Positions 19,876 to 28,417 of a stretch of DNA of 61,280 nt are shown in pieces. The notes under the pieces are model-generated. The model was not told the origin of the DNA and made no database searches. It saw nothing but the letters and a program-made list of their open reading frames with translations. The position numbers and the translations under genes are program-made. Origin of the DNA: an uncultured Fibrobacterales bacterium. GTDB taxonomy: Bacteria; Fibrobacterota; Fibrobacteria; Fibrobacterales; CAWVXU01. The DNA is taken from assembly GCA_963934255.1 (NCBI GenBank), contig CAWVXU010000006.1, forward strand, positions 1 to 61,280. The letters are read 5' to 3'. Each line of letters begins with the position of its first letter. The first letter of the stretch is position 1.

Positions 19876-21490
19876 ATCTATGATTATTTCTGATAGCCAA
19901 ATGAGGTCTATAGATAAATTAGCTCGTTCTGGAAATAATGATTTAGGCTTTGCTTATATGCAAAAAGCAGGTGCTGGAGCTGCCGGTGTTTTACAGTATA
20001 AATGGGGCGCCTTTGATGAAGATGAAGTCATTGTCATTTGCGGTAAAGGCAATAATGGAGGTGATGGCTTAGTGATGGCTCAGGCATTAAAAGAATTAGG
20101 TGCAAATCCAGAAGTTCTTTTGGTTTCCCATCCTGAAAATTTTAAAAATGAAGCCCAACTGGCTTGGCTTGAATTTCTAGAAAGTCAAATTCCATGGAAA
20201 TCATGGAATGGTGAAAGTTTGGAGTGGGAAGAATCAGATATAATTGTGGATGCTATTTTGGGTTTGGGCTCTGTTGGTGAGCCTCAAGAAGATATCAAGC
20301 CTTTGCTAAACTCAATTCATGAAGCTTCTGATAATGGAATTTATCTTGTTGCTCTTGACGCACCTACGGGTAATTTGAATGCAGATCTAACTGTTTTGTT
20401 TGGCTTTACAAGGTGGAGCGCTATTGACCCTTTAAGTTCACAATATTTTGGTGAATTAGGCCTTGTAAATTTGGAGTATCCTGAAGCCATATTACGTGGT
20501 TTTCTGGGGGTGAATGAAACCCCGCACTTGCTAGATAGCCAATGGTACTTACCATTTATCCCGAGTCGTGATGCCCTAGGGGACAAACGTTCTCATGGTA
20601 CTGGGCTTCTGATCGCTGGTGGAGAAAATATGGGTGGAGCGGCAGTACTTGCGGGTTTTGGTGCTTTGCGTCTTGGAATTGGTTATTTGAAAATAGGCTG
20701 TGCTTCAACTGAAAGACTTTTAGTGCAGAGCCAATTAATTGAAGCACCTTATATTGATTGGTTAGCCCTCGATTATGGTGGTACTCAAAAAATATGGACG
20801 GAAGTCGATGCTATTGCTATGGGGCCGGGTCTTGGCTTGGATACCAATGTCCAAGAAAAAGTCATTCATTGGTATCAAAATTTTCCAGGAACAATGGTTT
20901 TAGATGCAGACGGGTTAAATGCCTTTAAGGGGCGTAGTGAACTTTTAAAGCTTGGAAGCAACACTCGCAAAGGTGCTAGAATTTTAACACCACACCGTGG
21001 TGAATTTGAACGGTTATTTGGCCCCCTGGATGAACCACTTGAATCTATTGTTAAAAGAGTTTCTTCAATAGCTCAAGATTATGGCATTGAAATTTTACTC
21101 AAAGGTCCTGTTTCAATTTTGGCTTCTTCTCGTGGTGAGGTTGTATTGTATAAACAAGCAAGTAGCGCTTTGGCTCGTGCAGGCACAGGCGAAATTCTGA
21201 CAGGAATTTTATTGGCACTTTCAACTCGTTGGTTGGCCCCTGAATTTGCATTTCCCAGCTTAGCTTTAGGGGTTTGGCTTCATGGGATGGCTGCTGATTT
21301 GGCCAAAGACGATTTATCTGAAATTTCTATGCGAAGTAGTGAAATTCCTAACTATTTAGGTCAAGCAGTCGAGTACTTACTTGATCAAGTTTTGGATGAA
21401 AATGATGACTTTATGGACCGTTTCGGTGACATTGAAGACGACTCCTTTGGTGGTTTTGATGACCTTGATGATATTGAAGATTCAGACTAA
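19868..21490 (+). CDS. nnr: Bifunctional NAD(P)H-hydrate epimerase/dehydratase
   Basis: GKGNNGGDG, GPGLG, DADGL and TPHRGEF motifs. Confidence 0.88.
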   Translation: MYKSMIISDSQMRSIDKLARSGNNDLGFAYMQKAGAGAAGVLQYKWGAFDEDEVIVICGKGNNGGDGLVMAQALKELGANPEVLLVSHPENFKNEAQLAWLEFLESQIPWKSWNGESLEWEESDIIVDAILGLGSVGEPQEDIKPLLNSIHEASDNGIYLVALDAPTGNLNADLTVLFGFTRWSAIDPLSSQYFGELGLVNLEYPEAILRGFLGVNETPHLLDSQWYLPFIPSRDALGDKRSHGTGLLIAGGENMGGAAVLAGFGALRLGIGYLKIGCASTERLLVQSQLIEAPYIDWLALDYGGTQKIWTEVDAIAMGPGLGLDTNVQEKVIHWYQNFPGTMVLDADGLNAFKGRSELLKLGSNTRKGARILTPHRGEFERLFGPLDEPLESIVKRVSSIAQDYGIEILLKGPVSILASSRGEVVLYKQASSALARAGTGEILTGILLALSTRWLAPEFAFPSLALGVWLHGMAADLAKDDLSEISMRSSEIPNYLGQAVEYLLDQVLDENDDFMDRFGDIEDDSFGGFDDLDDIEDSD

Positions 21491-21588
21491 AACGGCCCCA
21501 TATGAGTAGTCTGTGATAAAGGTGAGTGATTCATTTTTCTCCAAATATTACGAACTTCCCTTTTTGCCTTTTTAAACAGATGTTTCAT
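21487..21588 (-). CDS. Putative small basic protein, 33 aa (MKHLFKKAKREVRNIWRKMNHSPLSQTTHMGPF)
   Basis: Hand-translated; GGAG RBS; ATGA overlap with the upstream sORF stop. Confidence 0.4.
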   Translation of the reverse strand: MKHLFKKAKREVRNIWRKMNHSPLSQTTHMGPF

Positions 21589-21737
21589 GAAAGTTTCTCC
21601 GTGATAAGATTAATACGATTCCTTATGGCTGTAATACCATAAATCCTAGTCAGACGAAGTGATGCTTCATCTAAATTAAAAGCATTTAGGGTCATCATCG
21701 CTTCGTTGCATCTATTGTATGTTGTAAATGTTTTCAT
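21585..21737 (-). CDS. Putative small protein, 50 aa (MKTFTTYNRCNEAMMTLNAFNLDEASLRLTRIYGITAIRNRINLITEKLS)
   Basis: Hand-translated; AAGGA RBS; TACTTTTG motif at 21756-21763. Confidence 0.5.
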   Translation of the reverse strand: MKTFTTYNRCNEAMMTLNAFNLDEASLRLTRIYGITAIRNRINLITEKLS

Positions 21738-21775
21738 GTCTAAATTCCTTTAATACAAAAGTAGGTAGTAATGTA

Positions 21776-21790
21776 TGACACTCATTGTCA
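21776..21790. promoter_or_regulatory. Dyad TGACA-N5-TGTCA, candidate operator
   Basis: Perfect 5-bp inverted repeat just upstream of the TAnnTTTG motif of the sORF unit. Confidence 0.35.
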
Positions 21791-21834
21791 CATATTTAAA
21801 TTATGATACTATTTATTCAGACGCTTATAAAACG

Positions 21835-21859
21835 AAAAAGGATACCGTTTTCGATATCC
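21835..21859 (-). terminator. Intrinsic terminator of the TPR-like gene
   Basis: Minus strand GGATATCG-AAAA-CGGTATCC-TTTTT. Confidence 0.7.
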
Positions 21860-21901
21860 CTTGTAAATAATTTGATTAAATTGGATTAAATACAGTGAAT
21901 G

Positions 21902-22423
21902 TTACTGCTCTGAGTTTGTATTCTCACTATTGATAGTACCATCAAACTTGTCGCCTTCACCAATATTAGCGGGTGGAATTAAGAAGTCAGGAAAATCTTC
22001 TGATGCCATAGCTCCGAGTTCTGAAGCTTTTAGAGCATCAATAAACTGTTCATTATGCTCATCAAGTGGAATAAGTCGATCTTTTAGAAGTGGAATGGCA
22101 ATCTCTGGTTTGTTCATAGTATAGATTAAACAAGAAGCCATGGCCCATAGCGTTTCTATAGACTGAGGTTCAAAATTAAGGCTTTTTTCCCATTTGAGTA
22201 ATGCCTGTTCGGGTTCATCTAATAATTCAAGACACCGGCCCCATTGTAAGAAATAAGCAGATTGCTCCGGGAAAAGATTGTCTGTAAATTCCACTTGAGT
22301 TCGAGCCTTAAGCTCCTCAATAATTAGATAAATTGCTTTTTGTGCTTTTGCGTCTTGATCTTCTGCAAGAAGGTCGTAAATTTTGCAAATATCAGCTTCG
22401 ATTTGTGGGTCTTTCTTCATCAT
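21902..22423 (-). CDS. TPR-like helical protein
   Basis: TPR-like pattern WGRCLELLDEPEQALLKWEKSLNFEP. Confidence 0.7.
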   Translation of the reverse strand: MMKKDPQIEADICKIYDLLAEDQDAKAQKAIYLIIEELKARTQVEFTDNLFPEQSAYFLQWGRCLELLDEPEQALLKWEKSLNFEPQSIETLWAMASCLIYTMNKPEIAIPLLKDRLIPLDEHNEQFIDALKASELGAMASEDFPDFLIPPANIGEGDKFDGTINSENTNSEQ

Positions 22424-22549
22424 GTTGCAAATGTAGTTATTACAGAATGTTTTCTAATTGAAGTCTATAAAGCGAGTGATTTTTATAGTAAATATCTTAT
22501 GAATACTCTGTCGTGGACTACTCTCTTTTGATTATTTGTAATAGTTGAG

Positions 22550-23452
22550 TTACTGCTTGGTACGATCCCATAATTGTAGTTTAATTTTTTTAATTTTTAT
22601 TTTGTCAATTTCTTGATAGAAAAGTGCTGCATGATCGGGTTCAAATAATGGAATTTTATTTTGATTCCATTCAAAACTTGGCTTTTTCTGAAGCCCTAAC
22701 ACTGAGGTGATATGAGGGTTCATGGTGTTCCACTGCTCAACAAGAGCATCATTTTGAGCTCCAATCCAATAGAGTAGAGACACTCCTTGTTCTGGGTTAA
22801 GAGTTGGAGCCTGTTGCCCAAAATGATGTATAATGTGGTATCCTTGCGAGTTCAAAAATATTGTCCTCCCGACAGAAGTATAATGAACTTCTAGTCTTTC
22901 GGTTTCACTGAGGCTGAGAAAAAGAACTGGCTTTGAGTGTGAGAGTTTAAATACTTGAACTTCACGCCCTTGCCAAATTCCTTGATATTGATCAATCTCT
23001 TTTTGAGGTTCTTCTAACCAGATTTGAATGCTGCCACCAGAATCTATGCTCAATATGAGTTCCTCAACTGTAGATTCTTTAATGGTGCGCGCAAAGACCG
23101 TCATCTTCGGCCCTGCAAAGCGAGCTGAATTTGCGAGGATTTGACTGGGTTTAATGGGCGGGTCTATCCAAATACGGTGGCCAGTACGTGTGAAGTTGGA
23201 GTCATTATTATCATCAGGGCTTACAAAAAGGAGAGAATGGCCATGCGCTGTGGGGAATGTCCAGGATACTAAAGAGTGGGTACGGACGATATGTGGTTCT
23301 GGGGCTGAAAATTTGGCAATATAAGTGACGCCGCCTAAAAGAACCAAATAAAAAACTCCACGAAGAACAGGACCGAAGATAGTGGGGACTACTTCACCTT
23401 TCTTAGGTGGATTGTGAAATTTTATAGGCTTTTTTGCTGAGTTGACTTCCAT
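22550..23452 (-). CDS. Hypothetical membrane-anchored protein
   Basis: 300-aa ORF with one N-terminal TM segment. Confidence 0.65.
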   Translation of the reverse strand: MEVNSAKKPIKFHNPPKKGEVVPTIFGPVLRGVFYLVLLGGVTYIAKFSAPEPHIVRTHSLVSWTFPTAHGHSLLFVSPDDNNDSNFTRTGHRIWIDPPIKPSQILANSARFAGPKMTVFARTIKESTVEELILSIDSGGSIQIWLEEPQKEIDQYQGIWQGREVQVFKLSHSKPVLFLSLSETERLEVHYTSVGRTIFLNSQGYHIIHHFGQQAPTLNPEQGVSLLYWIGAQNDALVEQWNTMNPHITSVLGLQKKPSFEWNQNKIPLFEPDHAALFYQEIDKIKIKKIKLQLWDRTKQ

Positions 23453-23480
23453 AAGTTAAATTTATATTCTTTTAGAAAAT

Positions 23481-24122
23481 GTGAGGCATCTGTTGGGTAT
23501 ACTGTTTATTTTGTTTTTGGCAAGCTCATTGAGTTTAATGGGTTGTTCTAGATTATCGCCTGAGGTGATAAGTGTTTCAAATTCATCCAATAGTAATGAT
23601 GATTTGACTTTTAAGGAACTACATACCTTAGAATTACCCCATGGAGAAGTTGCCAAGATGACTTCCGATGGGACGACTGCCGATGGGATGACTGCCGATG
23701 GGGTGACTACCGATGGGTTAAGTGGGAATTATGAAAAAGTCAAAGATTACTCGCGAGGACTAGGATTTGGTAAAGAAACACCAATAGATCAGCAATTAGA
23801 AAATAAAGAATTTTATATTGAGAATTTTTCTAAGGCCAATAAAGAGGCAGCACACGCTCGTGCTTTGAATAACTCTCAATCAACAGATAAAGCTTCAACT
23901 GAGCGTTATACTCTTCAATTTGCTACCATCGGAAATTTTGACGCAGCTCAGGCTCGTAAATATCAACTGACTGAAGCCTATGGTTTGTCACTTTATCTAA
24001 AGTTTGACCCACCATTTTATAAACTACAAGCCGGACACTACACTGATAAACAAAAAGCCGAAGATCGAGCTGCTGACCTAAGAGATAGTGGCATTTCTGC
24101 TTTTGTAGTGAAGCTTAATTAA
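23481..24122 (+). CDS. SPOR-domain lipoprotein
   Basis: Lipobox LMGC; C-terminal YTLQFAT...YKLQAGHY...AFVV SPOR pattern. Confidence 0.8.
   Translation: MRHLLGILFILFLASSLSLMGCSRLSPEVISVSNSSNSNDDLTFKELHTLELPHGEVAKMTSDGTTADGMTADGVTTDGLSGNYEKVKDYSRGLGFGKETPIDQQLENKEFYIENFSKANKEAAHARALNNSQSTDKASTERYTLQFATIGNFDAAQARKYQLTEAYGLSLYLKFDPPFYKLQAGHYTDKQKAEDRAADLRDSGISAFVVKLN
23658..23717 (+). repeat. In-frame 15-nt tandem repeat, 4 copies
   Basis: ATGACTTCCGATGGG / ACGACTGCCGATGGG / ATGACTGCCGATGGG / GTGACTACCGATGGG, encoding xTxDG four times. Confidence 0.9.
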
Positions 24123-24152
24123 AAAGTTCGTATGAAAATATCATACGAACTT
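24121..24152. terminator. Hairpin terminator between convergent genes
   Basis: AAGTTCGTATGA-AAATA-TCATACGAACTT; T-run on the minus strand. Confidence 0.7.
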
Positions 24153-24204
24153 AAAAATCTAGGTGCCAGATGTGAAACGATATCTGACAGTATGTAAGAA
24201 CGAT

Positions 24205-25041
24205 TTAATTAACTTGCCCGGTAAATACTTCGACTGCAGGCCCAGTCATAATGACAGGTCCACCTTCTGTATATTGAAGCTGTAAATCACCACCGGTAAG
24301 GTGAATCAGCACATCACTTTGAGTACGACCAGTCAATACTCCTGCAACACTGACAGCGCTTGCTCCTGTGCCACATGCCCATGTTTCGCCCGATCCACGT
24401 TCCCAAGTTCTTTGGATAACTTCATTTGGCGAAACAACTTCGACAAATTCAATATTGATTCGAGCTGGGAATGCTTCGTGGTTCTCTAAGATAGGGCCAT
24501 ACTCCTCTACTGGAAATTCAGCAGCATTGTCAACAAAGATGACGCAGTGAGGGTTGCCCATATTAATGAGTGTAGCTTTAAATTTTTTTCCACCAGCGCT
24601 AATTTCTTGTTCAACAATTTTATCACCAATAAAAGTCGATGGGATTGAAGAACCTTCTAATTTGGGAAGACCCATGTCAATTGTGAGGGCGTCAGCTTTG
24701 GTAATGTCTTGTTTTTTGGGGTGGACAATCACGCCTTTAATACCATCACCTGTGAGCAGGTTCATTTCTTTTTTGGCGACTATACCGTGATCATAGACAA
24801 ATTTGGCAACACAACGTAGACCATTTCCACACATCTCTGACATTGATCCATCGGAGTTGTACATTTCCATTTCGGCATCGGCTTGATCTGTGGGTTTTAT
24901 TAAAATGAGTCCATCTGACCCTACGCCAAATCTGCGATGAGAAACTTGAATAGCAAGTGCTTTGGCATTGGAGACATTTTCTTCGAAACAGTTAATGTAG
25001 ACGTAGTCGTTACCACATCCTTGCATTTTTGTGAATTTCAT
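24205..25041 (-). CDS. dapF: Diaminopimelate epimerase
   Basis: KMQGCGNDY, EMCGNGLRC, MGNPH and ERGSGETWACGTG motifs. Confidence 0.97.
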   Translation of the reverse strand: MKFTKMQGCGNDYVYINCFEENVSNAKALAIQVSHRRFGVGSDGLILIKPTDQADAEMEMYNSDGSMSEMCGNGLRCVAKFVYDHGIVAKKEMNLLTGDGIKGVIVHPKKQDITKADALTIDMGLPKLEGSSIPSTFIGDKIVEQEISAGGKKFKATLINMGNPHCVIFVDNAAEFPVEEYGPILENHEAFPARINIEFVEVVSPNEVIQRTWERGSGETWACGTGASAVSVAGVLTGRTQSDVLIHLTGGDLQLQYTEGGPVIMTGPAVEVFTGQVN

Positions 25042-25042
25042 T

Positions 25043-25594
25043 TTACCATCCTGATAGTGCGTTCGAAATTATAAGTGATTGTAATTCGTCAAGGGCACGT
25101 TTTTGCCCGTGTAATTCTTCTGATTCACCTTTTGAAACATCATAGACACCCACACTTGTAAGTCCCTTTTTTTCATAGATATCGTAGGCTTTGACTTGAT
25201 CGACAAACCTGACATCAACTTTGAGTCTGACTTGATAAAGATTGACCTGCCCACTTGAGTTAAAATTCATAGGGGCATTTGTGTATGAGACAAGTGTGCT
25301 ATAAAACTCAGCATGTGCACCTGAATTGATTTGTCTTAAATTGGGTGACTCTTTAAGAAAAAGCTCTTGAATGCCTTGAGTCAAGCGATCGCCCATCAAG
25401 GCTTGATAGGTTTTATTAGCAGCGGGATAGATCGTGATTGATTGAATGTGACGAGGAAGGCTGGTTTGAGAAAATGAATAACACCCAGTCAAGACTACTA
25501 TAGACAATAGAGTTAACAGAATCAGCGACATTGAAGGTGACAAGGTCGTCACACGAAGGCTCTTTGCTTTTATAGTTGTTAGAAGTGATTCCAT
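25043..25594 (-). CDS. lptE: LPS assembly lipoprotein LptE-like
   Basis: Lipobox LTGC-YSF...LP..I.SI.I; ends SGW; start uncertain. Confidence 0.75.
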   Translation of the reverse strand: MESLLTTIKAKSLRVTTLSPSMSLILLTLLSIVVLTGCYSFSQTSLPRHIQSITIYPAANKTYQALMGDRLTQGIQELFLKESPNLRQINSGAHAEFYSTLVSYTNAPMNFNSSGQVNLYQVRLKVDVRFVDQVKAYDIYEKKGLTSVGVYDVSKGESEELHGQKRALDELQSLIISNALSGW

Positions 25595-25705
25595 TTTCTT
25601 TATTTCGACTTTCAATGTTAACGCTTGTAAAAGATTCAAGTGAGATCCAAATGACACAGCTCTCAAAAATACGATTAATTACTCATAAGCAGCAATCTTA
25701 TCATG

Positions 25706-28417
25706 CTAATTTTGTGAATTAAACTCTAAAATTTCATGATTTGATTTCCAAAGGTTTTGAAATTGACGACCATAAGGTGAATTCACAACTCTATTGTCAA
25801 GGATAATAATTGTTCCTAAATCATCTTCACTTCTAATGAGACGACCCATACCTTGTTTAAGCTCTAAAAGAGCTAATGGGATGTGAAGTTCTTGAAATGG
25901 ATTACCTCCATTTTCTTCAATTTGCTTTGACATCCAAGCAATTCGAGGCTCAAATGGATTTGGAAATGGGAGTTTAGGGATAATGATTGTTTCTAGTTCT
26001 TTTCCAGGACAGTCAAGCCCTTCCCAAAAAACTTGATTTCCCATTAAAATTGATCCAGGTTGTTTTTTGAACATTCCAAGTAAGTTGTCTATTCCACCAT
26101 CAAGATGTTGAGCAAGTAAAAGTTTGTTTTCTATTTGGGAGCTTAAAACTTTCTGATGTTGTAAAAGTTGAGCGACACTAGTATAAAGAATGAGAGTTGA
26201 TTCATGGTTTTCTTTAATGTAAGATGCCATCCAATCAACTACATCTTGACTGTGCTCTTTGGATCCGCCTTTGTGCATCCCTTTCATTAGCTTGACAGTA
26301 ATTTGATCTTGCTTAAAATGCGATTTGATTGAATACTCTTGAGTCCTTGGTGTACTTTGTAAGCCGATTTGGTTTTTGAAAAAGTCAAAGTTGCCATTAG
26401 GAGTCAAGGTTGCGCTGGTGAAGATACCAGTGCGAAGCCAAGGGAATAACTTGGCCCCGAGATCTTTATCAAGTTGTCCAGGAGCGCTATGGATTTGAAT
26501 TTTGTGTGGATTATGCCAGTCTTGAATCCAATACACCGTGTTGGCTTCTTCTCCAGAAACGAGATGTCTTAGCTGAGATTGAAAGTCTTCTAGTGCTAGC
26601 CTGAAGCTATGTAAGCCCTGAGCGTATTCAATTGCTTGATGATTATCTTGACTTAAGTATTTGGATAATTGATCTGAGCTTTCAATGAGCTCTTCGAGTG
26701 CAGTGTAAACAGCATCTGGAGTGAGGCTAAAGGTGCTCGCAAGAGGTTCGCTAAAGGCAAAGCGATCACTTCTCGGCTTCGTCTTAGTAATTTGTTTTCC
26801 GAGTTTCATCAGGAACTTGTGAAACTTACGTTCTAAATTTTGCATTTGCTCTAGAATAGTCGTGCAGATTTCGGCTTCTTGCGGGAGAAGTTCAGCTTCT
26901 TTCATCAGAGAGTGTAAAAGCCCAGTCTTCTCAGAGTAGGGATTGTGAATAAGTTGAAATTGATTGCGTAAAGAGTAGAACATCAAATTCGAACCTAGAT
27001 GGTGAGGTCCTTGTTTAATAAGCTGATGCGCTTCATCAAAAATAATTCTATCCCATGAGGGAAGTAATGAAAAGTCAAGTTCGAGATCTTTAAAAAAGAG
27101 CGCGTGATTAACAATTATCAACTGGGATTGGTTCGCTACACGGCGGCTTTGGAAGCTATAGCACTCGTGGTCAACTTCACATTCGGGGCCTTGGCATGAA
27201 CGGCCATCACCTTTTAATTTGGACCAAAGGATGCGATTACGTAGTGGATTGAAACCACTGTTTTCACTGATGTCACCCGTAGTCGTTTTTGCGACCCAAG
27301 GGATGAGAGTGAGGAAATGTTCACGATCAGTTATAGATAAAGTGTCTACTCGATGATTGAGATAAAAGGCGTATTTTCTCAAACAGAGATAGTTGTCACG
27401 ACCTTTAAGTACACTCGTTTTTAGATTAAAGTGCTTTTCAATGATAGGTAAAGTCTTTTGGATGATTTGGTTTTGCTGTTGTCTTGTACCGAGAGATAAT
27501 ACAACACGTTCACTGCTTGTCTGTGACCAGATAGCTAGTGCACCTAAATATCCGAGTGTTTTTCCAATTCCAGTCTCTGCTTCTATACAAAGGAATTGGT
27601 TATTTTTCAGGGCTTTTAAAATATTCTTTGCATAAAAAAGTTGTTCTTTACGAAACTTGAAATTAGACAAATCTTGAGACAGAATTCCTGGAGTTTCTTC
27701 AGTACCAAAAAAATCTTCTAGACTTATTTCTTTAGATGGAACTTTGTTGGAGCTTAGTTCAGATGGCTGTGAGCTTTTATTTTCTTTGTGTGTAAATGGC
27801 TTAAAGTCAATTCTCTCTTTAGCGCTAGTTTCATTAAATATTTTTTCTAGACTAGTACCTTCAGATATTGCTGACATCGCTGAAACAACTTCAGGTTGGA
27901 AATTTTCAAAAGTTTCTTGAGCGCGAAGAAAGACTTCACCGGCATGGATGGCATCTGGCAGTGCTCGGTGTGCGCTAGTCTGATTAAGTTCTAAAAAATC
28001 AACCAATGTGACTAATTTGTGATTTGGGCTGTGAGGCCAAGCAATTCGTGAGCAAAGCAAACTATCATAAACGTCTTGATTTAGTTTGGCCTCTCCGGCA
28101 GCCTGTAGTTCTTTATTTAAAAAGTGTAGATCAAATTGTGCGTTATGAGCAATCAGAGGTGAATCACCAATGAATTCGACAATTTTACGAGCATAGAACG
28201 AAAATACTTCTGCTTGAGATAGTTCTTCACGATTGAGGCCAGTGAGCTTTAAAATGAAATCTCTTAGTTCTACAGCTGGTTGAACCAAAACGGATAAACT
28301 GTCAGTGACCTGGCCATTTTCAAATTTTGCGAGTGCGACTTCAATGATGACATCACTAGTGTAATCTAATCCAGTCGTTTCAAGATCAATGGCTATAAAG
28401 TTTTTAACTGAATTCAT
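25706..28417 (-). CDS. dinG: DinG-family helicase fused to a DEDDh 3'-5' exonuclease
   Basis: DLETTG and HRALPDA exonuclease motifs; ETGIGKT, DEAH, QGMGRLIR; four Cys of the Fe-S domain. Confidence 0.9.
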   Translation of the reverse strand: MNSVKNFIAIDLETTGLDYTSDVIIEVALAKFENGQVTDSLSVLVQPAVELRDFILKLTGLNREELSQAEVFSFYARKIVEFIGDSPLIAHNAQFDLHFLNKELQAAGEAKLNQDVYDSLLCSRIAWPHSPNHKLVTLVDFLELNQTSAHRALPDAIHAGEVFLRAQETFENFQPEVVSAMSAISEGTSLEKIFNETSAKERIDFKPFTHKENKSSQPSELSSNKVPSKEISLEDFFGTEETPGILSQDLSNFKFRKEQLFYAKNILKALKNNQFLCIEAETGIGKTLGYLGALAIWSQTSSERVVLSLGTRQQQNQIIQKTLPIIEKHFNLKTSVLKGRDNYLCLRKYAFYLNHRVDTLSITDREHFLTLIPWVAKTTTGDISENSGFNPLRNRILWSKLKGDGRSCQGPECEVDHECYSFQSRRVANQSQLIIVNHALFFKDLELDFSLLPSWDRIIFDEAHQLIKQGPHHLGSNLMFYSLRNQFQLIHNPYSEKTGLLHSLMKEAELLPQEAEICTTILEQMQNLERKFHKFLMKLGKQITKTKPRSDRFAFSEPLASTFSLTPDAVYTALEELIESSDQLSKYLSQDNHQAIEYAQGLHSFRLALEDFQSQLRHLVSGEEANTVYWIQDWHNPHKIQIHSAPGQLDKDLGAKLFPWLRTGIFTSATLTPNGNFDFFKNQIGLQSTPRTQEYSIKSHFKQDQITVKLMKGMHKGGSKEHSQDVVDWMASYIKENHESTLILYTSVAQLLQHQKVLSSQIENKLLLAQHLDGGIDNLLGMFKKQPGSILMGNQVFWEGLDCPGKELETIIIPKLPFPNPFEPRIAWMSKQIEENGGNPFQELHIPLALLELKQGMGRLIRSEDDLGTIIILDNRVVNSPYGRQFQNLWKSNHEILEFNSQN

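Noticed and set aside
23658..23717. Tandem repeat as a CRISPR array
   Set aside because: The 15-nt units have no spacers, lie in frame within a CDS, and there are no cas genes.
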